A DNA stretch of 64,000 bases. Origin: Squalus acanthias (taxonomy: Eukaryota). The stretch is taken from positions 31,250,001-31,314,000 of the forward strand of contig CM059432.1 in NCBI GenBank assembly GCA_030390025.1, in the 5' to 3' direction. Below the pieces are notes generated by a model that saw nothing but the letters and a program-made list of their open reading frames with translations, was not told the DNA's origin and did no database searches. The translations under genes were made by a program, and so were the position numbers. Below, one piece after another: positions 48,236 through 62,004 of this stretch; within the stretch, counting starts at the first letter, position 1; every line of letters starts with the position of its first letter.

Positions 48236-49714
48236 TCAAGTTCATTGTCCCTGTGCACGTGCAGTGGCAGCAGGATGTGGAACAGTGTGCATTAAAATTA
48301 AATGTGTTGCTGTCTGGGAGCCATTGTGATGCATTTTTATGCATGGGGCATAGTTTATTTAATTCATTTATTTTTTGGCTGGAAAGTAGGTAATCATTTT
48401 ATAGATCGGTTGCCTTAAATGTGGGCATATACAATACCTGTGTTTTATGAAGTCACTGTACATACACAGAATCATAGAATTTCACAGCACAGAAAGGACC
48501 CATTCGACCCATCATGCCTGTGCCAGCTCTCTAAAAGTGCTATCCATTTATAGCCATTCCCTTGCCTTTGCTAATTCCCCTTTAATAATATCTTTTTTAA
48601 ATGTTCATCCTGTTCCCTTTAACAAGACCAGCCGAAAAGAAGCAGAAGAGAGAGCGTGCAACAAGCGATGCTCCCCACAACTGTTTCCATCTTGCTTGCC
48701 TATGCCTTTGCTTGTTTCTTCCATCTGTTGTGACCTAGATCTAGAGAAGAGGTTGAAGAAAGGGGGAAGGACAGAAGAAGAATCACTGACATTGCCCCAG
48801 CGAAGAGGGGAGAAGACATGCTGGAGGGTGTGTGTGTATGGGACTGAATAAAATCATAAAACCAACAGCAGGAACTCACAAAGTGGTGCTCATTTACTGA
48901 ACAATTTCTTATTGCTCGTAGACAGAAGCAGAGACTTTCAAAGCAAACTGAAGACAAGCACTGTCCTTGTAAGATGAAACAGCCACATAATAAGCAGCTC
49001 AGTTAGTTAAATAATGAGCAACTCCACAAAAAGCTTGATCTCCTGTTGCTGTTAGAGGTAGATTTTGTACCCTATCATGAAATCAAAGTTATCAACCAAG
49101 ATGACTGCAGCCACAGTAGGAACTGTAGAGCTTCATGTGATATGTGGTCCATGATCAGAAAATTCTCAAACTTCAAATAACCATCTTTAAATCATGAGTC
49201 AGAATTCATTTTGAAGTAATTGGCCCCCTTTAACTATGGTTAGCAATAACATGCCACTTTTGTTTAGTAGTTGAAATCTTACAGCTAAGAAGACACAGGA
49301 CGGTAGATTTTACAAATCGGCAAATTCTTGATAGGCCCCCCTTGTCACCGCTCCCACAACCCCGCTGTCGTTTGCCCCCGCCCCCACCCCCCTCCAGTGG
49401 GCAAGGCTCCACACTTAGAGGCAGCATTTGTAAAAGTTATCATAGTAAATAACTAAGTACTGGATTGAAGTTGCCTAAACCTATTTCACATAGGACCCTT
49501 ACAGCAAGCAGATGGAAAGGATATAATCCCATCAGCCAAACTATGATTCTAGAGGTGAAGGAACAGTTGACTAATCCACCGCACCACACAACCCCCTGTG
49601 GTGGTCCTGGTGCTATTTAGGGTTTGGAGGAATTATAATGGAGTATAAGATAAAGATAGAAAATCTTGGAAATACACAGCAGGAACAAAGAAAGAAAGAA
49701 AGAAAGAACGAAAG

Positions 49715-50115
49715 ACTTGCATTTATATCGAGCCTTTCACAACCTCAGGATGTCCCAGAGTAGTCACTGTTGTAATGTAGAAAATGCAGCAGCCAATTTG
49801 CGCACAGCAAGGTTCCACTAAAAGCAATGAGAAAATGACCAGATCATCTGTTTTAGTGATGTTGGTTGAGGGATAAATATTGGCCAGGCTATTGAGGAGA
49901 ATTCCCCAGCTCTTCAGATAGTGCCATGGGATCTTTTACGTCCACCTGAGAGGGCAGTTGAACATCTCATATGAAAGGAGTTACCTCCAACAGCACAGCA
50001 CTCTGTCAGTACTGAAGTGCCAGCCTAGATGATGTGCTCAAGCTTTGGTGTGGGACTTGAACCTGTAACCTTCTGACACAGAGGCAAGAATGCTGCCACT
50101 GAGCCACAGCTGAAC
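49715..50115 (-). mobile_element. tRNA-derived Deu-domain SINE with a (GAAA)n tail at 49686-49712
   Basis: Homologous to 41215-41655. Confidence 0.65.
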
Positions 50116-50348
50116 ACCTTTATAAGCAGCTGTAAAGGGAAAAGGCAGATTAACATTACGAGTGTGGACTATTTATCAGAAATGGGAACCTTGAAGATAA
50201 ATGGAACCCTAATGGGACTGAAAAAAGGGCAGAGTGGGGAAGGGGAAGGAAGAAAGATAATTGGCAGAATTCACAACACGTTTTTTGAAAAGCTGGCATG
50301 AGGTGAAAACACGTGGAGATCACCTGAGTAAGGCAAGTAAAATATTAT

Positions 50349-50450
50349 GTTCAGATGAAAGGCCATCGGCCTGAAACGTCAACTCTGTTACTCGCTCCAC
50401 AGATGCTTCCTGACCTGCTGAGTCTTTCCAGCCTTTTATGTTTTTATTTA
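50349..50450 (+). mobile_element. Older Penelope-like fragment with a mutated hammerhead core
   Basis: GTT-CAGATGA-A-AGGCC-ATC-GGCCT-GAAA-CG-TC-AAC followed by the family's CCACAGATGCT..CTGACCTGCTGAG segment. Confidence 0.7.
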
Positions 50451-51729
50451 AAATATTATGGGATTGATTTTCTATTGGGGTTCTCCCAATTGGCTGCCAT
50501 GACTTTGTGCATTTTCCCTAGTGAAATAGACAAAATGAATGGCCTGGGAAAACAAGGTTGGAGATTTGGAAACAATCTCCTGCTGTTGCTTGTTTTTTTG
50601 GGCTGGAATCTGGATATTGATGAGAGGAAACACAGGACAGTGAGTTCCATTTATAGTTCATTATGTAAATGCACCACCCGGTGAGGTACTGAGCCACGCA
50701 GAACAGGAAGATCCCAAGCCTGATCTCTGGGCTGCGCTGTATCAGCTAATCTCATCTTCAATGTCTAGAAATTCCTCCATTTATCCCACGGGGTAAGTTT
50801 GACTTTAATTATTGGATAAAAGAATTCAAATCACAAGAACTGCTTTTGTGGCACTTTGTGAATGTTAGAAAACAGAAGTTGAGAATGGAGTCAAAGCACA
50901 CAGAATCATTCAATTCCTAACAATACCCAAAGTACATAGCATCAAATATAATAACTGTGATGTAAATATTTCTTCTTTGGGCTCTGTATTGGTTACTATA
51001 AATATGCATGAGTAATATAAATGACTATCTGTAGCTGTCGGTATATATTAAATATGTATGAGTGTTCATTTATATGGGTGTACATGAGCAACTATTAAAG
51101 GTGGAACATTGGATGTAATATAAAAATCTTCAAAAATATAAGTGAAAAGGCAATCTTGTAACATTTTTCATTTTAGTCCAATTTGCAACAGCCGTGCTCA
51201 GAGAATGCAATGAATCAAGTCTTAATGGGAATCACTGAATGGCATATTGTACGATATATTTCATGCTGTACTATGAATGATGCAATATTTGGGGTCTTCA
51301 CTTCTGCTTCTCAGTAGCCACACTATGGGGAGCTGGGGCAAGTTTAACTCCCAGCGTGCAGGCTGTGCCATTACACAGGGGGCAGCAGCTGTTGGGGTGC
51401 TGAGAGTCTGTGCAGGTGTTGGCCCCGAAACATCTCTTAATGAGGCCAAAACCTCATATTGTCTTTGAAGCTACCGAACAGCACAGCAAATGCTCAGAGC
51501 CCATATAAAACAGGCACTTCATGGGAAGCCCTTCCCATATATTGGGTCCTTTCTCTTAAATTGGACTAATTTATTTGGATTTGCAAATAGTTACTGGGGT
51601 AGAAATTCATCTTGTGCGGTCGCACAAAACGGGCAATATCGTATCTGCCGCCCATTCTATTCCACGCCCCATATTCAGTCCCATTAACTTCCACAGCACT
51701 GAATATCAGGCGGGGAGTATAACAGACTC

Positions 51730-54700
51730 AGGCGGGGGGGAAGAGGCGAAGGAGAGCAATAGTGATAGGGGATTCAATAGTTAGGGGAGCAGACAGGCGT
51801 TTCTGCAGCCGCAGACGTGACTCCAGGATGGTATGTTGTCTCCCTGGTTCCAGGGTCATTGATGTCACTGAACAGCTGCAGGGCATTCTGAGGGGGGAGG
51901 GTGAACAGCCAGAGGTCGTGGTCCATATCGGTATCAATGACATAGGTAGGAAGAGGGATGAGGTCCTGCAGGCAGAGGTTAGGGAGCTAGGGAAGAGGTT
52001 AAAAAGCAGGACCTCAAAGGTAGTAATCTCCGTATTACTACCAGTGCCACGTGCCAGTGAGTACAGAAATAGGAAGATAGAGCAGATGAATGCGTGGCTG
52101 GAGAGATGGTGTAGGAGGGAGGGCTTTAGATTCCTGAGGAATTGGAACCGTTTCTGGGGGAGGTGGGACCTCTACAAGCCAGACGGGTTGCACCTCAATG
52201 GGAACGGTGCCAATATGCTTACGGGAGGGTTTGCTAGTGCTGTTGGGGAGGGTTTAAACTAGCTTGGCAGGGGGATGGGAACCTAAGTATGGAGTCAATA
52301 GGGAGGGAAGAAAAACTGGAATTGGAAAACAAAAACGTCGAAAGTAAATTGGAAGGACAGAGGAATCAAGGGCTAGATAATAGTCAACAAGGAGGTTTGC
52401 CTCTACTAAATGGTATATACTTCAATGCAAGGAGTATAGCGAACAAGGCAGATGAGCTGAGGGCACAGGTAGATACTTGGGACTATGATATTATAGCTAT
52501 TACAGAGACGTGGCTGAAAGAGGGGCAGGTATAGCAGCTCAACATTCCTGGTTACAGGATTTTCAGATGGGATAGAGAGGGCGGTAAAAAGGGAGGGGGG
52601 TTAAAGAAATTATTACAGCTGTGAGTAGGGATGATATGTTGGAGGAATCATCAAACAAGGCCATATGGGTCGAATTGAAAAACAAAAAAGGGGCGATCAC
52701 ACTGCTGGGAGTGTACTACAGACCCCCAAACAGTGAGAGGCAGATAGAAGAAAAAATATGTGGACAAATTTCTGAGAAGTGCAAAAACTATAGGGCAGTA
52801 ATAGTAGGGAATTTCAACTACCCCAATATTAACTGGGATAAAATTAGTGTGAAGGGTATAGAGGTTGCGGAATTCCTAAAATGCATCCAGGAGAACTTTT
52901 TTGCCAGTATGTAGCAAGCCCAACAAGGGAGGGGGTGGTCTGGACTTAGCTTTAGGGAATGAAGCTGGGCAGGTAGAAGGTGTATCAGTGGGGGAGCATT
53001 TTGGTGCTAGTGACCATAATTCTGTTAGATTTAAGGTAGTTATAAAAAAGGACAAGGATAGACTAGGAATAAAAATTCTAAATTGGGGAAAAGCAAATTT
53101 TGCTAAGCTCAGAGGGGATTTAGCCATAGTGGACTGGAAACAGCTACTTGAAGGTAAATCAGTGTCAGAGCAGTGGGAGGTTCAGACCAAATATGTGTCC
53201 TTAAAGAAAAAAGGTGGGACTAACAAATCTAGAGCCCCCTGGATGTCTAGAGACATACAGGGTAGGATAAAGAAAAAAAGGGAGGCGTATGACAGATACC
53301 GAGGGCTAAATACTCCAGAATCTTTAGAGGAGTACAGAAAGTGCAGGGGTGCAATTAAAAAGGATATTAGGAAAGAAAAGAGAGAGCATGAAAAATGCTT
53401 GGCAAGTAAATTCAAGGAAAACCAAAGATGTTTTATAAATATATTAAGAGTAAGAGGATAACTAAAGAAAGGGTAGGGCCTATTCGAGATCATGAGGGTA
53501 ATCTGTGTGTGGAGGCAGGAGACGTCGGTAGGGTTCTTAATGAATACTTTGCATCTGTTTTCACAAAAGAGAGGGGCGAAGCAGACATTGCTATCAGGGG
53601 GGAGGAGTGTGAAATATTAGATGAAATAAACATAGTGAGAGAGGAAGTATTAAGGGGTTTAGCAGCTTTAAAAGTGGATAAATCCCCAGGCCCGGATGAA
53701 ATGTATCCCAGGCTGCTAAGCGAAGCAAAAGAGGAAATAGCAGAGGGCCTGACCATCATTTTTCAATCCTCTCTGGCTTCAGGTGTGGTGCCGGAGGACT
53801 GGAGGACTACTAATGTGGTACCCTTGTTTAAAAAGGGAGAAAAGGATGGACCGAGAAATTACAGGCCAGTCAGCCTCACCTCGGTGGTGGGAAAATTATT
53901 GCAAAGAATTCTGAAGGACAGGATAAATCTTCATTTAGAAAGATACGGATTAATCAAGGATAGTCAGCGCGGATTTGTTAAGGGAAGGTCGTGTCTGACA
54001 AACTTGATTGAATTTTTTGAGGAGGTAACAAGGAGGGTAGATGAGGGTAGTGCGATTGATGTAGGGTATATGGACTTTAGCAAGGCTTTTGATAAGGTTC
54101 CACATGGCAGACTGGTCACAAAATTAAAAGCCATGGGATCCAGGGCAAAGTGTCAAGTTGGATTCAAAACTGGCTCGGAGACAGCAAGCAGAGGGTAATG
54201 GTTGATGGGTGTTTTTGTGACTGAAAGGCTGTTTCCAGTGGGGTTCTGCAGGGCTCAGTACTAGGTCCCTTGCTTTTTGTGGTATATATCAATGATCTAG
54301 ACTTGAATATAGGTAGTATGGTTAAGAAGTTTGCAGATGATACTAAAATCGGCTGTGTGGTTGATACTGAAGAAGGAAGCTGTAGACTGCAGGAAGATAT
54401 CAATAAATTGGTCAGGTGGGCAGAACAGTGGCAAATGGAATTCAATCCGGAGACGTGTGAGGTAATGCATTTGGGGAGGGCTAACAAGGAAAGGGAATAC
54501 ACATGGTCGGACATTGAGTAGTGTCGAGGAACAAAGGGACCTTGGAGTGCATGTCCACAGATCCCTGAAGGTAGCAGGCCAAGTAGATAAGGTGGTTAAG
54601 AAGGCATACAGAATGCTTGCCTTTATTAGCCGTGGCACAGAATACAAGAGCAGGGGGGTTATGCTTCAACTGTATAAAACACTAGTTAGGCCTCAGCTAG

Positions 54701-55248
54701 AGTACTGCGTGCAGTTCTGGTCACCACATTACAGGAAAGATGTAATTGCACTAGAGAGGCTACAGAGGAGATTTACAAGGATGTTGCCGGGCGTAGAGAA
54801 TCTTAGCTATGAGGAAAGACTGGATAGGCTGGGTCTGTTTTCCTTGGAACAGAGGAGGCTGAGGGGAGACCTTATTGAGGTGTATAAAATTATGAGGGGC
54901 ATAGATAACGTGGATAGAACGGACCTATTTCCCTTAGCAGAGGGGTCAAAAACCAAGGGGCACAGATTTAAAGTAATTGGGGTAAGGTTTAGAGGGGATT
55001 TAAGGGGAATTTCTTCACCCAGAGGGTCGTGGGGGTCTGGAACTCACTGCCTGAAAGGGTGGTAGAGGCAGGAACCCTAACCACATTTAAAAAGTACTTG
55101 GATGTGCATTTGGGATGCTCTAACCTGCAGGGCTACGGACCAAGAGCTGGGAAGTGGGATTAGGCTGGATAGCTCTTTGTTGGCCAGCGCGGACTCGATG
55201 GGCCGTAATGGCCTCCTTCTGCGCTGTAACTTTCTATGATTCTATGAT
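51730..55248 (+). mobile_element. Long 5'-truncated CR1/HER1 LINE (ORF1 esterase part, ORF2 endonuclease plus RT, 3' UTR); ORF2 disrupted
   Basis: ORF1 at 51762-52262. Endonuclease motifs YFNARSI, IAITETW, VYYRPP, GNFNYP and SDHN (52289-53461). RT at 53428-55065. Tail TTTCTATGATTCTATGA. Confidence 0.95.
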
Positions 55249-55493
55249 GATGAACAGACGGTCGATGCGGTACCACCCGTTTAACATGACTGCTCGAGAC
55301 GAATTTCTGCACCACTGTGTTTGTTTAGCTGTTTAACCGTTCAGCTGCTTTGCTAGGAATAAACTCAGTGAGGGCTTCTTAAGTCTCTGCAACTGTTCCC
55401 CAACAATATTTAATTATGTGGTGCCACATGGTTTAAAGCCACAACCTCTTTCTCAGACGTAAAGGCAACGTACCTAATATAAAATAGTATTAT

Positions 55494-55800
55494 GACACGG
55501 TGGCATAGTGGTTAGCACTGTTGCCTCACAGCGCCAGGGACCCGGGTTCAAATCCAGCTTTGGGGGACTGTCTGTGTGGAGTTTGCACATTCTCCCCGTG
55601 TCTGCGTGGGTTTCCTCCGGGTGCTCCAGTTTCCTCCCACAGTCCAAAGATGTGCGGGTTAGGTTGATTTGGGTATGATAAATTGACCCTTAGTGTTAGG
55701 GGGATTAAATACGTGGGGTTACGGGGATAGGGTGGGATATGTGTCGGTGCAGGCTCGATGGGCCGAAATGGCCTCTATCTGCATTGTGGGGATTCTGTGA
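55494..55800 (+). mobile_element. HE1-type V-SINE (tRNA-derived)
   Basis: A box TGGCATAGTGG, B box GGTTCAAATCC, V-domain TGTGTGGAGTTTGCACATTCTCCCCGTGTCTGCGTGGGTTTCCTCCGGGTGCTCC, and CR1-like tail GATGGGCCGAAATGGCCT. Confidence 0.88.
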
Positions 55801-55914
55801 AATTCCCTTGGGCATCCTTTTGTGACTTCAGACTGTGGGAGAAGAGACGTGTTAGACAGATATATTTGTACTTTAGGTAATCTATTGGGAAGAAAGAACT
55901 TTCATTTAGAACTT

Positions 55915-56555
55915 AAGAACATAAGAAATAGGAGCAGGCGTAGGCCATATGGCCCTTCGAGCCTCCTCCGCCATTCAATAAGATCATGGCTGATCTTCTA
56001 TCTCAACTCCACCTTCCTGCGCTATCCCCATATCATTTAATTCCCTTAGTATCCAAAAATCTATCGATCTCTGTCTTGAATATGCTCAACGACTGAGCAT
56101 CCACAACCCTCTGGGGTAGAGAATTCCAAAGATTCACAACCCTTTGAGTGAAACAATTTCTCCTCATTTCAGTCCTAACTGGCCGACCCCTTATTCTGAG
56201 ACTGACCCCTAGTTCTAGACTCCACAGCCAGGGAAACATCCTCCCTGCATCTACCCTGTCAAGCCCCTTAAGAATTGACGTAAGAAAACTTCGAGGCACT
56301 TCGTCTAAGCGTTAACCAAAGCTTTAATCAACTCTTTTTCAACATGGAGATCGAGTAGTGTCCTTCACTAGTTCCTGTTGAGGAATGTCCTAAGCAAGCT
56401 GGGCCCATGCCCGAGTATTTATACTCTCCCTGGACAGCGCCACCAGCAGGCCGCCCAGTATTACTTCATACATGAATGACAAGATTCATGTCAAGAATTT
56501 TATCTGTTTCAGAGATCACCTCTCATTCTTCTAAACTCTAAGGCATATAGGCCTT
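55915..56555 (-). mobile_element. CR1 3' fragment split by a small solo LTR
   Basis: ILKGLDRVDAGRMFP...RVVNLWNSLP. Confidence 0.85.
56276..56493 (-). mobile_element. Short solo LTR (218 bp)
   Basis: TGAC...GTCA ends. 5-bp TSD AGAAT at 56271-56275 and 56494-56498. Minus-strand TATAAATA near 56416-56423. Confidence 0.78.
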
Positions 56556-57244
56556 GTAGTTCTTCTCTGATGTACCTCCACCAGGAGGAGCAGGAGTGCT
56601 TCCCCCAGACCTCCAAGCAAACCTGTTACCTCCCAAGCAATCGGACCCCCAACCCCTCCCCAAATCCGATGCCCTTCTGATGTCCTCCATTCCCCTGATC
56701 TCTCCGGCCCCTTCCATGATCTTCTCCCCTCCTCCCCCAATCTCTCCTGCCCCCTCCCCCCACCCCGCTACTCAACCATCAGTGTCCCCCCGACCCCGAT
56801 ATCTCCAGGCTCCCACATCAATGGCCACCCCCCAAACCTGATCTCTCCGGGCCCTCCTATCAATATTCCCGCCCCGACCCCTGATCTCTCCAGGCCCCCC
56901 CATCGCTGTCTCCCCCCCACCCCCACCTGACCCCTGATCTCTCCCTCCCTCCTCTCCGCTCCCCGGCTGTGGCCTGGAGCCAAAGGCCTACCAACCCGAC
57001 AGCCCGCCAGCTTCTCAATCTGGCTGGCTGCAGCTCGGAAATTAAGTCCAAAAATGGTAATCAGGTCCTGTCTTTAAATTCGGCAGGACCAACTGCACCC
57101 CCGCCACCCCACCCTGCCCCACTGCTCCGTTTCTACCCCCCGTTAATATTGGGGCCAATGTTTCAGGTCGTTGACCTTTCATCTGAACTGGAATACCTCT
57201 AGACTTGACTATTCCAACTCCTGGCTGGCCTCCCACATTAATAC

Positions 57245-57722
57245 GTATTAATTCTTTAAATGCTAGCCATTGCTTCTCTACTGTCATACCTTTTAATGTA
57301 GTTTCCCAATCTACCTTAGCCAACTCGCCCCTCATACCTACGTAGTTTGCTTTGTTTAGATTTAAGACCGTAGTTTCGGATTTAACTAAGTCACTTTCAA
57401 ACTCAATATAAAATTCTATCATATTATGGCCACTCTTCCCTAAAGGCCCCTTTACTACAAGGTTATTAATTAGCCCTTTCTTGTTGCACATTACTGGATC
57501 TAAAATAACCTGTTCCCTTGATGGTTCCTCAACACACTGATCTAGAAAACTATCTTGCATACAATCCATGAATTTGTCCTCCACACTATTACTGCAAATT
57601 TGGTTTGCCCAGTTTATATGTAGATTAAAGTCCCCCATGATTACTGTATTACCTTGTTACATGCGCCTCTAATTTCATGATTTATACTCTGCCCTGCATT
57701 ACAACTATTGTTTGGGGGCCTA
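57245..57722 (-). mobile_element. CR1 endonuclease fragment
   Basis: MGDFNLHINW...GPLGKSGHNMIEF. Confidence 0.85.
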
Positions 57723-58629
57723 TAAATGCTGGCCTAGCCAGCGACACCCGCATCCTGTGAATGAATTTTTAAAAAACCCTACTTTTCATATAGGTCCAGG
57801 GGATCTTTAACATCCACTTGAAGAGAATGACGGGGCTCCTGTTTAACATGCTCAAGTCCTGGAGTGTGGCTCGAACCCATAACTTTCTGATAATCAGAAT
57901 GCAGTCAACTGAGCCATGTAGACATTGAGGTGAGGCCACTAGGGATTTTATATATGAGATTGTCGGATAACAGTAGATGTTTCCTCCTGTGTTGCCCTCT
58001 CTTTCGATCCTGAGCTCTCGGCCTTAGCCTCCAAAGACCGGCCTTTCTGAGGGGCTGCTATGTCTCAAGCCTTATTTATTTTCAAAGAAATAGCAGAATG
58101 TAAAGGGCAGCCCCAACCCTTCAGCAGCTGCTGGTGCCTGAGATCCCATCATCTGACCCCTGTGATACTCCCAGCACGTCTTGCATTGTTAGGACCACCA
58201 CAAACATTAGGCTGAACCAATCTTGTGATGGGGGCGAGGTCAGCTCAGCAGAACGCAGGCGCATGCAGCATCTGGAAGTAGCAGACGAGTGGCTCTGAGC
58301 CAAGGCCTCTACTCCTCAGGCGCTAGGTGCATCTGTGCCAGAGTATATTCTCCATCCTGAATTACCTTATCAAGTAACTAAAATGATCAGTTCTTTGATT
58401 TTGGCATGTGTTATCATGGGCACTGGCCAGTGGCCACCCAATACTACTTTTCCATAAAGGCTGTTTGTTATGTGTGAGTCATGCACCAGCGTAGGTGTAA
58501 CTATAAAACAAATTATCTGTATATTAAATAACTACTGCATCTTTTTTGTAGAATGCTAACAGATTTTGTTATATGGAATACCTCTGCATTTTTTTTGTAT
58601 TTCTTGCTTCAATTTCCAACTACAAAATA

Positions 58630-60680
58630 GACTAGAAATTGCGGTCAGAATCGTACCTCCGAAGTACGCATCCGACCCGCGAAACAATTCTCAGAACTTC
58701 CTCCTGGAGCCCAGGTTGCGAAGAGTTGTGGTCTTAGGCCTCCAGGTGGACGGCAGCGTAAAGGCCCACAGATCCCAGGGACACAGGCAGTTCGGTAGCG
58801 TCCCTGGGATCACATGGGCCCAGTCCTCCAATGACAAAGGAGAATTTCATTGCAATCATTTATGAAGGGAATCCCCTAATGATATGCAATGGAATCCCCA
58901 AATAATGGTACAATGTACTGAATTGCAAATTTATTCATAAGTTCCTTCATTGTACCAATCTCAATAAAAATTATTTTTTTTTATAAATAATTTTAAACAT
59001 CTTAATCCGGGCCAATATTTGCATAAACTCATTTAAAGTGTATGTGCATAATTTTGGATTTTTAAATGTTTTATTTAAGCCGTAGATATACCCTTACGCT
59101 GATGCAAGCAGGCCCTACACCTGCTTTTACCAGCTGTAAGCGTTGCGTGGCCAGTTGCTGGGCAGTTGTTGGGTGAATAGCCCAACTCTGCAACAGCAAT
59201 ACTCAGTTTTCAGGCGGTTCGGACGATCTGTCAATACATAGCTTGACAGATCGCATGTTCCCTATTTCGCGCAAGCTATGCGGAAATCCGGAACTTGCGG
59301 GGCCTTTCAAACGGAATACGATAGCGTACTCTAGGAGATCAACACAGCCTGGTTGCACATTGCACAGGAGGGCACAAGCAGGGATGTAGTCAGGAGGACC
59401 TGGGTGCAGTGTCGCAAACATTTCAATGATCTCAGTAGATCAGGAAACATTAGTACAAAGCCACACTCAACCTCATCCTGCTGTGCCTCTCATCACATCC
59501 CCATCACTCTGCCTTCCCTACCCTACTCCTGCATATCCTTACTCACACCAACTTACCTTGCACCTCCACCCATCCCTCTCTATCTACATTATCACTTCCC
59601 CATCTTACTAGCCACTCCTCACACTCACCCTCATCTGAGTCCAATCATACCAACTAACAACACACAAGGGTCGGCACTTGGGTGTTTTATGCAATGTTGA
59701 TGTAAAGTTTCTGTTAATGTGGTGTCAAACATTGAAACCTTTATTTTCAACACTTTGCGTTCTTGGACAGTATTGTGAGCACCTTTGGAAGTGGCTTAGT
59801 GAGTTGCAGTGAATGGTGAGACATAATGGTACCCCCCCTGCAATGATGCTGGCGTGAAAGGAATGGCTTGGGCGTTGTAGGGATGCTTTATGGTGTTGGT
59901 GTGGGGTGGTGCCAACCTGGCATGTCATGTGGCAGCCAGGGTGTACCGCGTCAAGTGAAGTAACTCTGGCCATGGTGAGGCCATCCCTGGCCTCCCAGGC
60001 AACAATGTGATCGGGTGCTGATGCCCTGTGTCCTGTGCAGCATCAGTTGATTGCGGAGAAGGTTGGTGTTGTTGTTGGTGCTGCTGGTGTTGGGGCTGAT
60101 CGTGGTCAGATTCTGAGGACCAAGGTGAGAGAGTTTCAAGGGCTCCGATGCTGATGGAATAGATGGCAGGTGAAGTAGAGATGACAGAAGCGATCTGTCA
60201 ATAGTGGGAGAGGCAATGAGGTCAGACTGGCTGGAGACGCGAGTAAAAACTTGCAGCATTCTGAATCTGTAGTGGAAATACAGTTTAGAGAAGCTAGTGG
60301 CTAAGGAAACATTCTCAATCTGCTGGGAGCTTTGACTTGACATTTGTAGCTGTCAAATCATCAGCTGATTCCATGGCCACTGACCTCCCGCCTCAGCTTC
60401 ACAGACGATGTCTAGGCACAGTGGGAAACCGATGGGTGATCTGTCAAATTCAAAAAGCTGGGAAAAAACCATTGTTAAGTGGCTGTAAACAAGGCCACTA
60501 ATGATTTTAATTGCCTCCCCTGCCGCTGCGTGTCGGGTCTGCTCAGCGCTGATAGACCTGACATTTGGTAAAGGCGCATGACGGTGGGCTGACAGCGGGG
60601 TCCCGACCCGCTGGGGAAGAAACACTTTCCCACCCGACCAGCCACTGATCGCGCCCGCTGACCCTCTGCAAAATCCAGCC
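58630..60680. mobile_element. Composite Harbinger-derived remnants (MITE-like part plus Myb exon remnant)
   Basis: Start GACTAGAAATTGCGG. RRTWVQCRKHFNDLSRSG at about 59390-59445. End GCAAAATCCAGCCC. Confidence 0.6.
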
Positions 60681-60759
60681 CGTTAATTCTGTTTCTCTCT
60701 CCACAGATGCTGCCTGACCTGCTGAGTATTTCCAGCATTTTCTGTTTCTATTTCAGACT

Positions 60760-61530
60760 GTTTGCAACCTTAGTGTCATATTTGACCCCGAGATGAGTTT
60801 CTGACTACAAAATTGCGCCGACTACGAAATTGCGCCATCACTATGACCGTCTATTTCCAGCTCCAGAATATCGCCCGTCTCTGCCCCTGCCTCAGCTCAT
60901 CCGCTGCTGAAACCCTCATCTATGCCTTTGTTACCTCTAGAATTGATTATTCTAACACACGCCTGGTTGGCATCCTACGTTCTACCCTATGTAAACTTGA
61001 GGTCATCCAAAACTCGGCTGCCTGTGTCCTAACTCGCTCCAAGTCCCGTTCACCCATCACCCCTGTGCTGACCTACATTGGCTCCCAGTTAAACAATGCC
61101 TCGATTTCAAAATTCTCATCCTTGTTTTCAAATCTCTCCATGGCCTCGCCCCTCCCTATCTCTGTAATCTCCTTCAGCCCCACAACCGCCACCCCCCCCC
61201 CCCGCCACCCCCTGCCGAGATATCTGCGCTCCTCTAATTCTGCCCCCTTGAGCATCCCTGATTACAATCGCTCAACCATTGGTGCCCGTGCCTTCTGTTG
61301 CCTAGGCCCTAAGCTCTGGAATTCCCTGCCTAAACCTCTCCGCCTCGCTACCTCTCTTTCCTCCTTTAAGATCTCCTTAAAACCTACCTCTTTGACCAAG
61401 CTTTTAGTCACCTACCCTAATTTATCCTTAAGTGGCTCGGTGTCAAATTTGTTGTCTTTTAATACTCCTGTGAAGCGCCTTGGGAGGTTTTGCTACGTTA
61501 AAGGCGCTATATAAATACAAGTTGTTGTTG
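60760..61530 (+). mobile_element. L2-clade LINE 3' fragment
   Basis: NIARLCPCLSSSAAETLIYAFVTSRIDYSN...IQNSAACVLT...GPKLWNSLP, ending in a (GTT)n tail. Confidence 0.88.
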
Positions 61531-62004
61531 AAGTTTTTGGAATATTTTACAGATGAGCAGCTTTTAAGCAAGTACAGAGCTGGGGGAAAGGGGGCCCTTA
61601 GAAGAATAAAAGGGAAAGTCTGTGATAAGCTGACGTGCACAAGAAAATGTACTATTAGCCGAACAAGTTATATTCCCTTAATAGACACAAAGAGAAAAAA
61701 ATCAGCAATTAATACTTGCAGGAAGATCTAATTTATTATCACATATTGTGTTTCCATAGTAAAATAGTTGTGCCAGTTGTGTGACAGTGGGGATGACAAG
61801 CCAGTTGTTTCTACACAAAGCCAATTACATATTCGTGCAAAAATTGGAACAATAAACTTATTAGAATTAATGGGTTGCATTGGCAACCCTTGCAGAAATT
61901 AAGATGAAAGGCCTAGCTAGACGTATTCATTTATAGCCTCTGAGTATTACAAACGTTTTGTAAATTTATGATTTGACCACACTACATGACAGCACAGAGT
62001 TGTA

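Noticed and set aside
50349..50384. Active hammerhead at 50349 (also near 57158 and 16007)
   Set aside because: The catalytic core is mutated (CAGAUGA or UUGAAGA instead of CUGANGA). Kept only as evidence for the family.
55494..55570. tRNA gene
   Set aside because: The A and B boxes continue into a V-domain and a LINE-like tail, so it is a SINE head.
58088..58297. Possible host terminal exon (QQLLVPEIPSSDPCD...EWL*)
   Set aside because: Short, no recognisable homology, and no partner exons found.
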